Positions 17,804 through 27,650 of a stretch of 64,000 nt of DNA are shown piece by piece (position 1 is the stretch's first letter; each line of letters starts with the position of its first letter). The position numbers were made by a program, and so were the translations under genes. The stretch spans positions 13,095 through 77,094 of the forward strand of contig PNKV01000013.1 of NCBI GenBank assembly GCA_013822685.1. Direction: 5' to 3'. Under the pieces are notes generated by a model that was given only the letters and a program-made list of their open reading frames with translations, did not search any database and was not told the DNA's origin. This DNA comes from Leptothrix sp. (in: b-proteobacteria) (lineage in GTDB: Bacteria; Pseudomonadota; Gammaproteobacteria; Burkholderiales; Burkholderiaceae_C).

Positions 17804-20800
17804 TCAGCGCTTGGAGGCGACCAGAGGCTCTTTTTTACGGCAACTGCCCGGGCCATCGGGCCCCTTCTCTTGCACCAGGGGCATCAGGGCCGGTGCCAGC
17901 GACTTGAGCACCTGGGTCGACAGCGCGCTGGTGAAGGTGTACTTGGCCGCGTAGGGCTCATGCACGTAGGCGGTCAAGGTGCCAAAAAATCGGTCGCCAA
18001 TCAGGAAGACGAAGGTCGCTGAGCGGTTAACCACGCGCGATGAGATGAGCCCGCCACCGGGGCCGTGGACATCGAAGCGGTGGTCGCCCGTGCCGGTTTT
18101 CCCACCCACGTCGATCGCACTGCCATCGGGCCGCGCAAACGCACCTTTGAGTCGCTTGGCTGTGCCCCCTTCCACCACGATGAGCAAAGTGCGGCGCACC
18201 ACGTCGGCCACCTCTTCGGGCAGGACGCGTTCGGCCTTGGCGGTGGTTTGTTCAAGCCGGGTTTCGAAGGGCGTGCCCGTGCCGAACTCGAGGCGCTGCA
18301 GCTTGCTGACCGGCATGCGCATGCCCCGGTTGACGATGATGCCCATCAACTCCGCCAGAGCGGCCGGGCGATCGCCCGATGCACCTAAGGCCGTGGCGTA
18401 AGACGGCGTCAAGGAGGAAAACGGGTAGCCCAAACGACGCCAGTCGCGGTTGAGGGCGGTGAAGGCGTCGCGCTCCAGCAAATTGCGGATGCGGGAATCC
18501 TGTGCGGTCTTGTGGCGGGTCTTGAACAGCCAGCCATAGACCTCCTGGCGCTGGTCGCGGCTGGCCTCCATCACCTCCGTCAGGCTGGCTTTGGGGTGGG
18601 CTTTCAGGTAGCCCACCAGCCAGAGGTCGAGCGGGTGAACGCGGGCGATGTAACCCCGGTCGGCCAGTGAGAACTTGTCGGGCGCGTAGTCGTCGTACAG
18701 GCGCTGGAGCTTGGTCTCGCCCAGGTCCTTCTGGGGCAACTGCTCTTTCATGAAGGCCGTGAACTGAACCAAGGTGGCCTGTGGATCAATACCGCGGTAC
18801 ATCGCCGCCAAACGCGAAGGGGCGGCGTTGGCACGCTTGGTGAGCAGCGCCTGCGCTTCGTCGGTCGATTTGCCTTTGTACTTCTTGTAAAAGCGGCGCA
18901 GGAACTCGCGGCCTTCGCTGTCGGCAAAACGGGCCAGGTACTCCTGGCGGCGTGGGTCGTCCGGGTCTTCCAGCAGGTCGCTGTCGGCCTTGCTGTTGTT
19001 GGCCATGTAGGTGTAGATCACATCACGCATCAGGCGGATGAACACCAGGTTGACCGAATGCCGGAAGGCCTCGCGCAGGTCCATCACGCGGCCGTCTTCT
19101 TCAGACTCGAAGTTGTTGAAGTGGTGTGCGCCGCCCCCTGTGAAGAAGGTCTCGCCCGGGCTGGCCGAGTACCGGCGGTCCATGGCAGCTTCCAGCATGG
19201 TCGCCAGGCTCTTGTCTTTGGCATCCAGCAGGTAATCGCGTGCCCAACGGCGCAGCACATCCCTGCGTTGCACGGTCACCGCGCTGAGGTCCTCTTCACT
19301 CATGGGGCTGTACTGCCCATGCAGATCGGCGATGACCTTGAGGTAGGAGATCAGTGTGCGCAGCTTGGCGGTGGAGCCCAGGTCGAGCTTGGCACCTTCG
19401 TTGATGTCGAAGGGTTGGTCCAGGTTGTCGCTTTGCACACGCAGCAGGTTGGCCTGGCCGCTGCGCTCAAACAAGGTGAAGCTCAAGGTCAGCTTGCTGG
19501 GGTCATCACCCTCTTGCAGCATGTGGTAGCCGTAGAGGCCCTGCGCCTTGGCCAGTTTGGGGTCCTTGAGGTCGCTGAGCAGGCGGGTGGCTGTGCGCTG
19601 CAGTTCGCCATCCAGCGTGCTGTTGGTCTTCAGATCCAGGCGGTCCAGGTCATACAGCCGCGGCACCTTGAGCATGGTGGACAGCGTGGAGCGCATGGCC
19701 GTGATGGCCTTGCGGTCCACGAAAGAAACGGGCCGCTCGGTGGGTTGCACGGGGTGCAGCTTGAGCTTGATGGGCAAGGCCGCATCGCGCAGCGAGATGG
19801 GGATCAGGTTGACGCTGGCCAGCAGGCGCAGGTGGCTGTCGGCCAGCCTTTGCAGGTCTTCGTGCCCATCCACCAGGTAATACGAAGGACGCCGCTGGGC
19901 AATGAACAGGGACAACACCTGCTTGTAGGCCTCGGCCTGGCGCTGCAGTTCGGGGCCGGAGGCGGCCGGCGATTTGACGGCGGCATTCAGCAAGGCATTG
20001 ACCTCGGCGAAATCGCGGCCGTACCAGGCCCACAGGCCGTCGCCCACGCCGTGCACTTCACCCACACCCGGCTTGGCTGACAAAGGCACGGAGTTGACGT
20101 AGTCAAGGACGATGCGGCGGCGGGCGCCACGGGTGTCTTCGCCATCCAGGTAGGCGCGCACAGAGGCCGAGGCCACCTGGCGCAGCTTCTCTTTCATGGA
20201 CGAAGTGCGGCCATCGGGCGAGTGCCGGTATTTTTCGATCTGCGTGGCCAAGGTGCTGCCGCCCGCCGAACCCTGTCCATCACTGACGTGCCGGGCCACC
20301 TGGGTGATCACAGCCTTGCCCAGGCGGCTCCATTCGATGGCCGGGTTGTGGGTGGGGTAAGTGGCGTCCAGCAACTCCCGGTTCTCGATGAACAGCAAGG
20401 CGTCGACCAGGGGATCGGGAATGGCCTCGAAGCGGGGATAGACCCGCTCGGGAAAACGCACCGCGTACATGGCCTGGCCACTGCAATCCAGGATCTGAAG
20501 GCCAGCTTGGGAGGGTTCGTGGTAGGCCGTGAAAATGCCCTTGTCGGTCACGCGCAGCAGGTCGGCCGACATGCGCGCCTGCGCGCTGATCTGGTAACCC
20601 TGCCCACCCAGGCGTTTCACAAAATCGGGAATGTGGCTGTAGCCGAGCCGGTCGTCATAGGGGCCTGGCTGTGGAAAACTGAGTGCGCTGCTCGGTCCGG
20701 GCTCCACTTTGTAGGTCAGGCCCTGGGCCAGACCACTCAGATAGCGGGCCTGCAAGCGCGAAGTTTGCACTTCGTCCGAAATGAAATAAGCGCCCGCCGC

Positions 20801-20875
20801 GATGACAAGCACCACGACGCCGCCAATGAGCAGCCGCGCCAGTATTCGGGGGGACTTGGGTTGGGAATCGGTCAA
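17804..20875 (-). CDS. Large GT51 transglycosylase / transpeptidase-domain protein (atypical class A PBP)
   Basis: N-terminal TM, GGSTLATQIEK, GSTAK (SxxK), HSVN (SxN), GKTGTG. Confidence 0.82.
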   Translation of the reverse strand: MTDSQPKSPRILARLLIGGVVVLVIAAGAYFISDEVQTSRLQARYLSGLAQGLTYKVEPGPSSALSFPQPGPYDDRLGYSHIPDFVKRLGGQGYQISAQARMSADLLRVTDKGIFTAYHEPSQAGLQILDCSGQAMYAVRFPERVYPRFEAIPDPLVDALLFIENRELLDATYPTHNPAIEWSRLGKAVITQVARHVSDGQGSAGGSTLATQIEKYRHSPDGRTSSMKEKLRQVASASVRAYLDGEDTRGARRRIVLDYVNSVPLSAKPGVGEVHGVGDGLWAWYGRDFAEVNALLNAAVKSPAASGPELQRQAEAYKQVLSLFIAQRRPSYYLVDGHEDLQRLADSHLRLLASVNLIPISLRDAALPIKLKLHPVQPTERPVSFVDRKAITAMRSTLSTMLKVPRLYDLDRLDLKTNSTLDGELQRTATRLLSDLKDPKLAKAQGLYGYHMLQEGDDPSKLTLSFTLFERSGQANLLRVQSDNLDQPFDINEGAKLDLGSTAKLRTLISYLKVIADLHGQYSPMSEEDLSAVTVQRRDVLRRWARDYLLDAKDKSLATMLEAAMDRRYSASPGETFFTGGGAHHFNNFESEEDGRVMDLREAFRHSVNLVFIRLMRDVIYTYMANNSKADSDLLEDPDDPRRQEYLARFADSEGREFLRRFYKKYKGKSTDEAQALLTKRANAAPSRLAAMYRGIDPQATLVQFTAFMKEQLPQKDLGETKLQRLYDDYAPDKFSLADRGYIARVHPLDLWLVGYLKAHPKASLTEVMEASRDQRQEVYGWLFKTRHKTAQDSRIRNLLERDAFTALNRDWRRLGYPFSSLTPSYATALGASGDRPAALAELMGIIVNRGMRMPVSKLQRLEFGTGTPFETRLEQTTAKAERVLPEEVADVVRRTLLIVVEGGTAKRLKGAFARPDGSAIDVGGKTGTGDHRFDVHGPGGGLISSRVVNRSATFVFLIGDRFFGTLTAYVHEPYAAKYTFTSALSTQVLKSLAPALMPLVQEKGPDGPGSCRKKEPLVASKR

Positions 20876-21042
20876 GGGTCACTCAGCTGGGAAAACAGGC
20901 CGCTGGCGAGCGGCCAATACGGGCATTTCGCGAAATCCAGCATAAAGCGGATCGGCCTTTTTCATCATTAAAAATGGCTGTGGCTTTCCCGCTTCTTTGG
21001 TGTTGCACCACACGATGTGTGTTGGGCGCAACGGCCCCTGGC

Positions 21043-22485
21043 TCAAATTACCCTCAAGCGCGCGATCCGGTAGACGGATTCGTAACGGGCGGCGCTGCCA
21101 GACCAGCCCAGCGACTGCGCCATGCCGCTCTGAACCAGTCGCTCCCAGACCGGCGGATCGCGGAAGCGGCTGAAGGCGCGCTCAATGACCGCGCTGAGTG
21201 CCTCGGCCGTGGGTGGGGCGAAGACGAAACCTGTGGCGTCATCCACCACGGAATCGGCCAGGCCGCCCGTGGCGTGCACGATGGGCGGGGTGCCGTAGAC
21301 CAGGCTGTAGAGCTGGTTCAGGCCGCACGGCTCGAACCTTGACGGCATCAGAAAACAGTCGGCGCCCGCCTCGATCAGGTGGGCCAGGCTTTCGTCAAAA
21401 CCGATGCTCACGTGGACGCGCCCGGGGTGCTGCTGGGCCATGGACCGCAGGGCATCCTCCAGATCCGTGTCGCCCTTGCCCAACATCACCAGCTGGCCGC
21501 CTTCTTGGATGAGCTGGGGCACCAGCTGCAAGATCAGGTCGCTGCCTTTTTGCTGCGTCAAGCGGCTGACGACGCCGAACAGCATCGCCCCCGGGTCAGG
21601 GTTCAGCTGGCACCGGCTTTGCAGCGCTGCCTTGTTCGCCCGCTTGCCGGCTTTCACGGTCGTGGCGTCGTAGCGCTGCGGGATGAAGGTGTCCAAGGCC
21701 GGATTCCAGACCTCGGTGTCGATGCCGTTGAGGATGCCGTGCAGCCGATCGGCGTGGTCACGCAACACACCTTGCAGGCCAAAGCCCAGCGCCTCTTCCT
21801 GGATTTCCCGGGCATAGGTGGGGCTGACGGTGGTGATCGCATCGGCGAACTGCAAGCCGCCTTTCATGAAGGACAGCTGCGACCAGTACTCCAGGCCGCT
21901 GACCGACAGCCATTCCTCCGGCAGGTCCAGCTTGGGGGCCTCATCCAGCGGGAACAGCCCTTGGAAAGCCAGGTTGTGGATGGTCATGATGCTGGCGGCC
22001 CGACCCGGCAGGCGGCTCAGGTAGGCGGGCGCCAGGCCTGTCGGCCAGTCGTTGCAATGAACGATCTCGGCTTGCCAGCCAGGCACCGGGCTGAGTTGGC
22101 TGCCCAGGCGGGCGGCCACCTGGCTGAGCCAGGCAAAGCGAACGGCGTTGGTGGCGTGGTCCTGGCTGCTGTCGTTTTGGTAGGGGCCGCCAGCCAGCTC
22201 ATACAACTCGGGGCAGTCCAGCAGCCACAGTGTGAAGCCGGCGGCCTGATTCACGGCGGGTGCCGCCTGCACCAACCGCGCTGCGGGCCACACACCCTGG
22301 GCAGGGATGTCGGCGAGCACTTGGCCGTGGTCCACCAACTGGCGCAAAGCGGTGTAGGCAGGCATCAGCACCTTGACGTCCAAACCACGTTCGGCGAGTG
22401 CCCTGGGCAATGCCGCGGACACCTCGCCCAAGCCGCCAGTCTTGACCCAGGGGGCGCATTCGGGGGTGACGAACAAGATCTTCAT
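21043..22485 (-). CDS. glgA: Glycogen synthase
   Basis: MKILFVTPECAPWVKTGGLGEV, HCNDW, TIHNLAFQG, PSRFEPCGLNQ. Confidence 0.96.
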   Translation of the reverse strand: MKILFVTPECAPWVKTGGLGEVSAALPRALAERGLDVKVLMPAYTALRQLVDHGQVLADIPAQGVWPAARLVQAAPAVNQAAGFTLWLLDCPELYELAGGPYQNDSSQDHATNAVRFAWLSQVAARLGSQLSPVPGWQAEIVHCNDWPTGLAPAYLSRLPGRAASIMTIHNLAFQGLFPLDEAPKLDLPEEWLSVSGLEYWSQLSFMKGGLQFADAITTVSPTYAREIQEEALGFGLQGVLRDHADRLHGILNGIDTEVWNPALDTFIPQRYDATTVKAGKRANKAALQSRCQLNPDPGAMLFGVVSRLTQQKGSDLILQLVPQLIQEGGQLVMLGKGDTDLEDALRSMAQQHPGRVHVSIGFDESLAHLIEAGADCFLMPSRFEPCGLNQLYSLVYGTPPIVHATGGLADSVVDDATGFVFAPPTAEALSAVIERAFSRFRDPPVWERLVQSGMAQSLGWSGSAARYESVYRIARLRVI

Positions 22486-25400
22486 GACGGGGATGACTGG
22501 GACGGCGCCTGGTCGGCCGGGACCAGCACGGCGGCTGGCCAATGGGTGAACAAATCGGCCAACGGCAGGCCGCCAGACGGCCCCTCGGCGGCCACGATGA
22601 CGCGGCCTGTGAGGACATCCCGCCACCGGACCGGGGCGTCGACCGGCAAGCCCAGGCGCGCATCGCCCCAGCATTCGGCCTGCTGCTTCAAGGCATGGAT
22701 ATCGCCCTGGGCCAATGAATACAGCAAACGGCCCACCACCGTGAGGCATTGCTGGCCCTCCAGCGCCCTGGCATAGGCCACCACGTGGGGCGCGGCCGCA
22801 CCGGCCACGGGCAATGTCTGGTAAGTGCCTCGGCTGAACAACTCCGGGTGGCGCGCCCGCAACTGCAGCAGCCGCCAAGTGAACAGCATCTTGGGACCAC
22901 CGTCGCGCCAGTTCTCACGCAGGTCGTTCAGGGCACGCTCATCGGCCTGGCCGCCGGCGAACAGCGATTGCACCTGGGCATGCCGGGCTTTCAAGGCTTT
23001 GAAGTCCACGGGGCGGCGGTTGTCGGGGTCCACCAGGCTGAAGTTCCAGGTTTCACAGCCCTGGTAGATGTCTGGCACACCCGGCGCAGTCAATTTCAAG
23101 GTCACGAGGCCCAGGCTGTTCAGCGCGCCAAACGGGGTGATCCGGTCCACCAGGGATTGCAGGTCCTTCAAGAAGGGATTGGGTTCGAGCTGCCCCAGCA
23201 GCGCGTCGATGAAACGCGTCAGGGCCGCTTCGTACGCCTCGTTGGGATTGATCCAGCTGGTCTGCTCCTTGGCCTCGCGCACGGCTTTGAGCATGTAGGC
23301 CTGCACGCGCTGGCACAAGTCAGCCAGCGACTCGCGCGTGAGGGGTTCCAGGGGCCACATGCCCACCAGCGTCTGGTACAGCAGGTACTCATCGTTGCGT
23401 GTGGGAGCGAGCACGCCGTCGACGCGGGCCGTGCGCTTGTGGTTCATGGCCTGCCACCGTTCAATGGCGCCTTGCCACACCTCGGGCATTTCAGACAGCA
23501 CATCAATGCGCGTGCGCACGTCTTCGGACCGCTTGGTGTCGTGGGTCGAGGTGGCCAGCATGTTGTGCGGCGTGAAGCGGGCGCGGTACTGGTTGGCCGC
23601 GTGGAAGGCGCTGACCGACAGGCCAAAGTGGCGCGGGTCACCCCCCACATCGTTGAGCGAGGCCAGCCGGTGGTAGCGGTAAAACGCGGTGTCCTCCATG
23701 GACTTCGCCATGACCGGCGCGGTGAACTGCTGCCACCGGTAGACCAGGTTCAGCATGGCTTGCCGGCGATCCGGGTCTGGTTCGGTGGGCGCGCCCAGCA
23801 TGACGTCCCGCAGGTAGTCGATGACGCTGACCTCCGAAGCCCGGCTGCGGCGCTTGGCAGCGGCCGTGGCCCAGTCGATGTGCTGGCGATCGGCATCGCT
23901 GAAGCCGCGCTCGCCAATGTAGGTGCGGTAAACAGGAAAGGCCGCCGCGACGGCGCGCAAGGCCACGCGCAATCGGTTGCGAGTGAAGTCGCATGTGCGG
24001 CGGTCGCCCAGCGCGATGCGGTGCAGTGCCTCGGTCAGCACTTCCAGGTCACTGGACAAGGAGGTGGCGATGATGTCGAGTTTGGCCTGGTACAGAACCT
24101 CATCGAACACCAGCTTGTGGCCGATGAAATCGGTGTACAGGCGGTCGAAATCTTCTTCGTGCTCGCCATCCACGAACAGGCCGTTGACCAGGTTGGAGAA
24201 GCGGTAGCCCGTGCCACCATGCACGGGCCAATCAGTCGGCAAACGCTCATGGTCGGCCAGGATTTTTTCCACGGCCAGGAACAAGGCCCGGGGCGCCTCA
24301 TCCGGGTCATCGGCGGCCCTCATGGTGCTGAGGTAGCGCGATTGCAGCCGCGCGAAATAGCCTTGCGGGTCGCACAGGCCGTCCGGATGGTCAATGCGCA
24401 GGCCCGCCACCTTGCGTGCCTGTAACCACTGGAAGATGGTGTGGTGCGTGGCCTCGAACACGGCTTCGCGCTCCATGCGCACGGCGGCCAGCGTGTTGAT
24501 GTCGAAGAAGCGGCGGTAGTTGATGTCATCACCCGCCACCCGCCAGAAGGCCAGCCGGTAGGCCTGCTTCTGGATCAGCGCATCCAGGGCGTCGAAACTG
24601 GCGGCATCACCCGGCGTGCCGTTGATGACGGCCAGGCACGCCTCTGCCCAAGGCGCCAGCCAATTGAAGCGGCCAGCCAGCTGGGCCAATCGCTTCTTGT
24701 GGATGCTCTTGTCGCGGTGCCGCACCGCCCGTTGCGACGGCGTCAGATCGTCTCGTGGGGGCAGGCTGGCCAGCGCGTGCAAGAGCGACTGAACAATCTG
24801 GACTTCCTCGCTGGCCGACTCGTCAGTGGGCGCTGGGGCGGGTGCCCTGGCCATGATGTCGGCATAGTGGCGCGGGTCGATGGGGAAGCGGTGGTCGTGG
24901 TAATGGATCCAGAACTCGCCAGCCGTGGCATCGAACGAGAGCTTGAGCTCGCCCGCCTCCAGCACCTTGCCATAGTGATCACCCAACACCGGCAGCAGCA
25001 CCTGGCCTGAGAGCTCGGGCGCGGGCGGTTTCCACTCGATGTCGAAGGTCTCGGCATGCACGGAGGCCGGGCCGCTTTCCAGCACGTCCAGCCACCAGGC
25101 GTTGTCGGCCTGAAGCACGCCCATGTGGTTGGGCACGATGTCGATCAGCTGGTGCATGCCGTGGCGGGCCAGGCAGGCGCACAGTTGCTCAAAATCGGCT
25201 TCGTCGCCAATCTCGGGGTTGAGCGCGCTGTGGTCGATGATGTCGTAGCCATGCGTGCTGCCTGCCCTGGCCCGCAGGTAGGGCGAGGTGTAGAGGTGGC
25301 TGATGCCCAGGGCATCCAGGTAAGGCACGATGTCCGTGGCGTCGCTGAAGCGAAAGTCCTTGTGCAATTGCACCCGGTAAGTGGCGCGGGGGATCACCGC

Positions 25401-27650
25401 GGTCGACATCGGCGGCAGTTCGTCCTGCAGGCCGTGAGGCGCCACATCGCTGGGCCGCGCCTTCCGCAGCGCCTCGCTGACCGACTGCAGGCGGGGATCG
25501 CTGGCCAACGTCTCTAGGGAGACGGCCAGCTTGCGCCGCCAGTTGGGGAACTGCGATTCGCTGGTGCCCGGGATGTTGACCTGGATGAGCTGCTGGGTGA
25601 CGTCTTCCAGCTGCACGCCCACCAGTTGAGCGGGCGTGCAGCCCAGGAAACTGTAGACCGCGTCGGTGAATGCCGGCGAGGTGTCGTCCGTCATGGAGGG
25701 ATGCACGCTGCCATCCTCGGGGATGAGGCCTTCTTGTTCCAGGGCCAACAGCAATTGGGCCCGGTCCTGCGCGCGGCCCACCACCTGCTGGGCCCTCACC
25801 TCGTCATTGGGAAACAGGCCCAGCTCGGTCCGCAGGTCCACATCCTTGCCGTTCCAGAAGCCACGCAGTGTGGGCAAGTCATGGGTGCTGACCACGGCCA
25901 GGGCATGGGGCGACCACTCCTCGGGCCGCTTGAAACGACCATCGTGCGTGCGCTCGAAGAACAGGGGACAGTACGACAGCAGGTACTGCTCGCGCATGGC
26001 CTCGCGCATGCGGGGTGGCACGGTGCCCAAGTCTTCGCCAATCACCAGGCATTGGTGGCGATGGCTTTCCAGCGCCAGGATGCCCATCATCTCGTCGACG
26101 GGATAGTTCATGTAGGCGCCTGACTTGGCGCCGTCTTCCGGATGGATCCAGAACAGCCGCATCAAGGCCATCACGTGGTCGATGCGCAAGGCACCCGCAC
26201 AGCGCATGTTGGCGCGCAGGGTGTCGATGAAAGGCTGAAAATCCTGCTCGCGCAAACGCGATGGGATCATGGGCGGCAAGCCCCAATCCTGGCCGGCCAG
26301 GTTGTACTCTTCAGGCGGTGCACCCACGTGCAGCTCCATGGCATACAGGCTGCGCCGGGACCAGGTTTCCGCTCCACCCTCGTTCACGCCCACGGCCAGG
26401 TCCCGGTACAGGCCGATGGCCATGCCCAGCGACTCGGCCCGCGCCTGGGCAGACTGCAGCTGCACCTCGGCCTGCCATTGCAGGTACTCGAAGAACTCGA
26501 CGCGCACCTCGTGTTCGCGCTCGAACTCGGCCACCTCTGGCGAGCTGGGATCGCGGTAGGCTGGCGGCCACAAAGACCAGCCCCACACCGACGAGTCTTG
26601 CGCGTGAAAGTGCGCTTGCAAGGTTTCGAACAAGGCTTGGCGCCGCAGCTCACCACCGCGCTCTTTCTGGTAAGCCCTGAAGGCACGGCCGCGGCGCGTG
26701 TCGCCCGACAAATGGCGCAAATGGAAGTGCTTGAACAGCATCTCCAGCACCTCGAGCTTGGCCGTGGCCACGGCCTGGTAGTTGACGATCTCGGGCTCGC
26801 GGAAAGCCTGCAAGCGCTGCTGAAACGCCACGCTGTTGACCAGGTCGCTGGCGAATCGGCACTCGGCATAGTCAGGCACGGCCGTCACGTCGATGTACAG
26901 CACGTTCATCGCGTTACGGCTGGACGGGCTGTAGGGGCTGGCCCGCTCTGGCTCGTGGGGGAACAAGGCGTGCAAGGGGTTCAACCCCACAAAGGATGCG
27001 CCCTGCCCGGCCACGATCTCCAGCAGCCGTTTCAGGTCGGAGAAATCGCCAATCCCCCAGTTGTCGTTCGACCGCAGTGCGTAAAGCTGGATGCTCGGCC
27101 CCCACAGGCGCTCGCCCTGCTTCAGCACCTTGGGCTCGTGGCACCGGGGTGGGCACACGATGACCCGCGTGCGTGCCAATTCGCCCGACGCTTGCGCGGC
27201 CGACCGCAGGGTGAGTTGGTGGTAGCCCAAGGGCAGCGTTCGCGGCAGGTCAATCTGCAGATGGATCGCCTCGGGATGGTCATCGGCGGAGGCGAACATC
27301 AAGCCGCCGAAGCGTTCGGCGTTCTCGCATTCCAGCGACCAGGTGTAGCGCTTGTCCGCGTTGCCAAATTGGGGCTGACTTGACAGCATGACCGCGATGC
27401 TGACGGGCTGGCCCTGGCGCAGCACCAGGGCCGAGGGCAGGATGCGCTGTTCCTCGCGGGCCTTCAGCTTGAGCAAGGTATTGTGCGCCGCTTCGTCGCT
27501 GTCGACCTCCAGGCCCATGGCCTTCAACAGTTTGCGCAGGGACGCTTCGGGCACCTGGCGCGCCTGCCCCCAGAAATCGTCGTAGCAGGTGGCCAACCCG
27601 ACATGTGCGCACAGCGACTCAAGGCCTGTGGAGATTGACGCGTTGTCCAT
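22482..27650 (-). CDS. malQ-treY: Fusion of 4-alpha-glucanotransferase (MalQ) and malto-oligosyltrehalose synthase (TreY), about 1722 aa
   Basis: N-half LYALRS...WGIGDF, LRIDHVMAL, GEDLG, STHDLPTL; C-half PRATYRVQ, STHGYD, DIVPNHMG, GLRIDHPDGL, STHDTKRSED, GVPDIYQG; no stop between the halves. Confidence 0.93.
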   Translation of the reverse strand: MDNASISTGLESLCAHVGLATCYDDFWGQARQVPEASLRKLLKAMGLEVDSDEAAHNTLLKLKAREEQRILPSALVLRQGQPVSIAVMLSSQPQFGNADKRYTWSLECENAERFGGLMFASADDHPEAIHLQIDLPRTLPLGYHQLTLRSAAQASGELARTRVIVCPPRCHEPKVLKQGERLWGPSIQLYALRSNDNWGIGDFSDLKRLLEIVAGQGASFVGLNPLHALFPHEPERASPYSPSSRNAMNVLYIDVTAVPDYAECRFASDLVNSVAFQQRLQAFREPEIVNYQAVATAKLEVLEMLFKHFHLRHLSGDTRRGRAFRAYQKERGGELRRQALFETLQAHFHAQDSSVWGWSLWPPAYRDPSSPEVAEFEREHEVRVEFFEYLQWQAEVQLQSAQARAESLGMAIGLYRDLAVGVNEGGAETWSRRSLYAMELHVGAPPEEYNLAGQDWGLPPMIPSRLREQDFQPFIDTLRANMRCAGALRIDHVMALMRLFWIHPEDGAKSGAYMNYPVDEMMGILALESHRHQCLVIGEDLGTVPPRMREAMREQYLLSYCPLFFERTHDGRFKRPEEWSPHALAVVSTHDLPTLRGFWNGKDVDLRTELGLFPNDEVRAQQVVGRAQDRAQLLLALEQEGLIPEDGSVHPSMTDDTSPAFTDAVYSFLGCTPAQLVGVQLEDVTQQLIQVNIPGTSESQFPNWRRKLAVSLETLASDPRLQSVSEALRKARPSDVAPHGLQDELPPMSTAVIPRATYRVQLHKDFRFSDATDIVPYLDALGISHLYTSPYLRARAGSTHGYDIIDHSALNPEIGDEADFEQLCACLARHGMHQLIDIVPNHMGVLQADNAWWLDVLESGPASVHAETFDIEWKPPAPELSGQVLLPVLGDHYGKVLEAGELKLSFDATAGEFWIHYHDHRFPIDPRHYADIMARAPAPAPTDESASEEVQIVQSLLHALASLPPRDDLTPSQRAVRHRDKSIHKKRLAQLAGRFNWLAPWAEACLAVINGTPGDAASFDALDALIQKQAYRLAFWRVAGDDINYRRFFDINTLAAVRMEREAVFEATHHTIFQWLQARKVAGLRIDHPDGLCDPQGYFARLQSRYLSTMRAADDPDEAPRALFLAVEKILADHERLPTDWPVHGGTGYRFSNLVNGLFVDGEHEEDFDRLYTDFIGHKLVFDEVLYQAKLDIIATSLSSDLEVLTEALHRIALGDRRTCDFTRNRLRVALRAVAAAFPVYRTYIGERGFSDADRQHIDWATAAAKRRSRASEVSVIDYLRDVMLGAPTEPDPDRRQAMLNLVYRWQQFTAPVMAKSMEDTAFYRYHRLASLNDVGGDPRHFGLSVSAFHAANQYRARFTPHNMLATSTHDTKRSEDVRTRIDVLSEMPEVWQGAIERWQAMNHKRTARVDGVLAPTRNDEYLLYQTLVGMWPLEPLTRESLADLCQRVQAYMLKAVREAKEQTSWINPNEAYEAALTRFIDALLGQLEPNPFLKDLQSLVDRITPFGALNSLGLVTLKLTAPGVPDIYQGCETWNFSLVDPDNRRPVDFKALKARHAQVQSLFAGGQADERALNDLRENWRDGGPKMLFTWRLLQLRARHPELFSRGTYQTLPVAGAAAPHVVAYARALEGQQCLTVVGRLLYSLAQGDIHALKQQAECWGDARLGLPVDAPVRWRDVLTGRVIVAAEGPSGGLPLADLFTHWPAAVLVPADQAPSQSSPS

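Noticed and set aside
22486-22878. Track's N-terminal extensions of glgA, malQ-treY, DUF72, PNPOx-like and SRPBCC genes
   Set aside because: They run in another frame over the neighbouring gene; conserved N-termini and stop/start overlaps indicate the shorter starts
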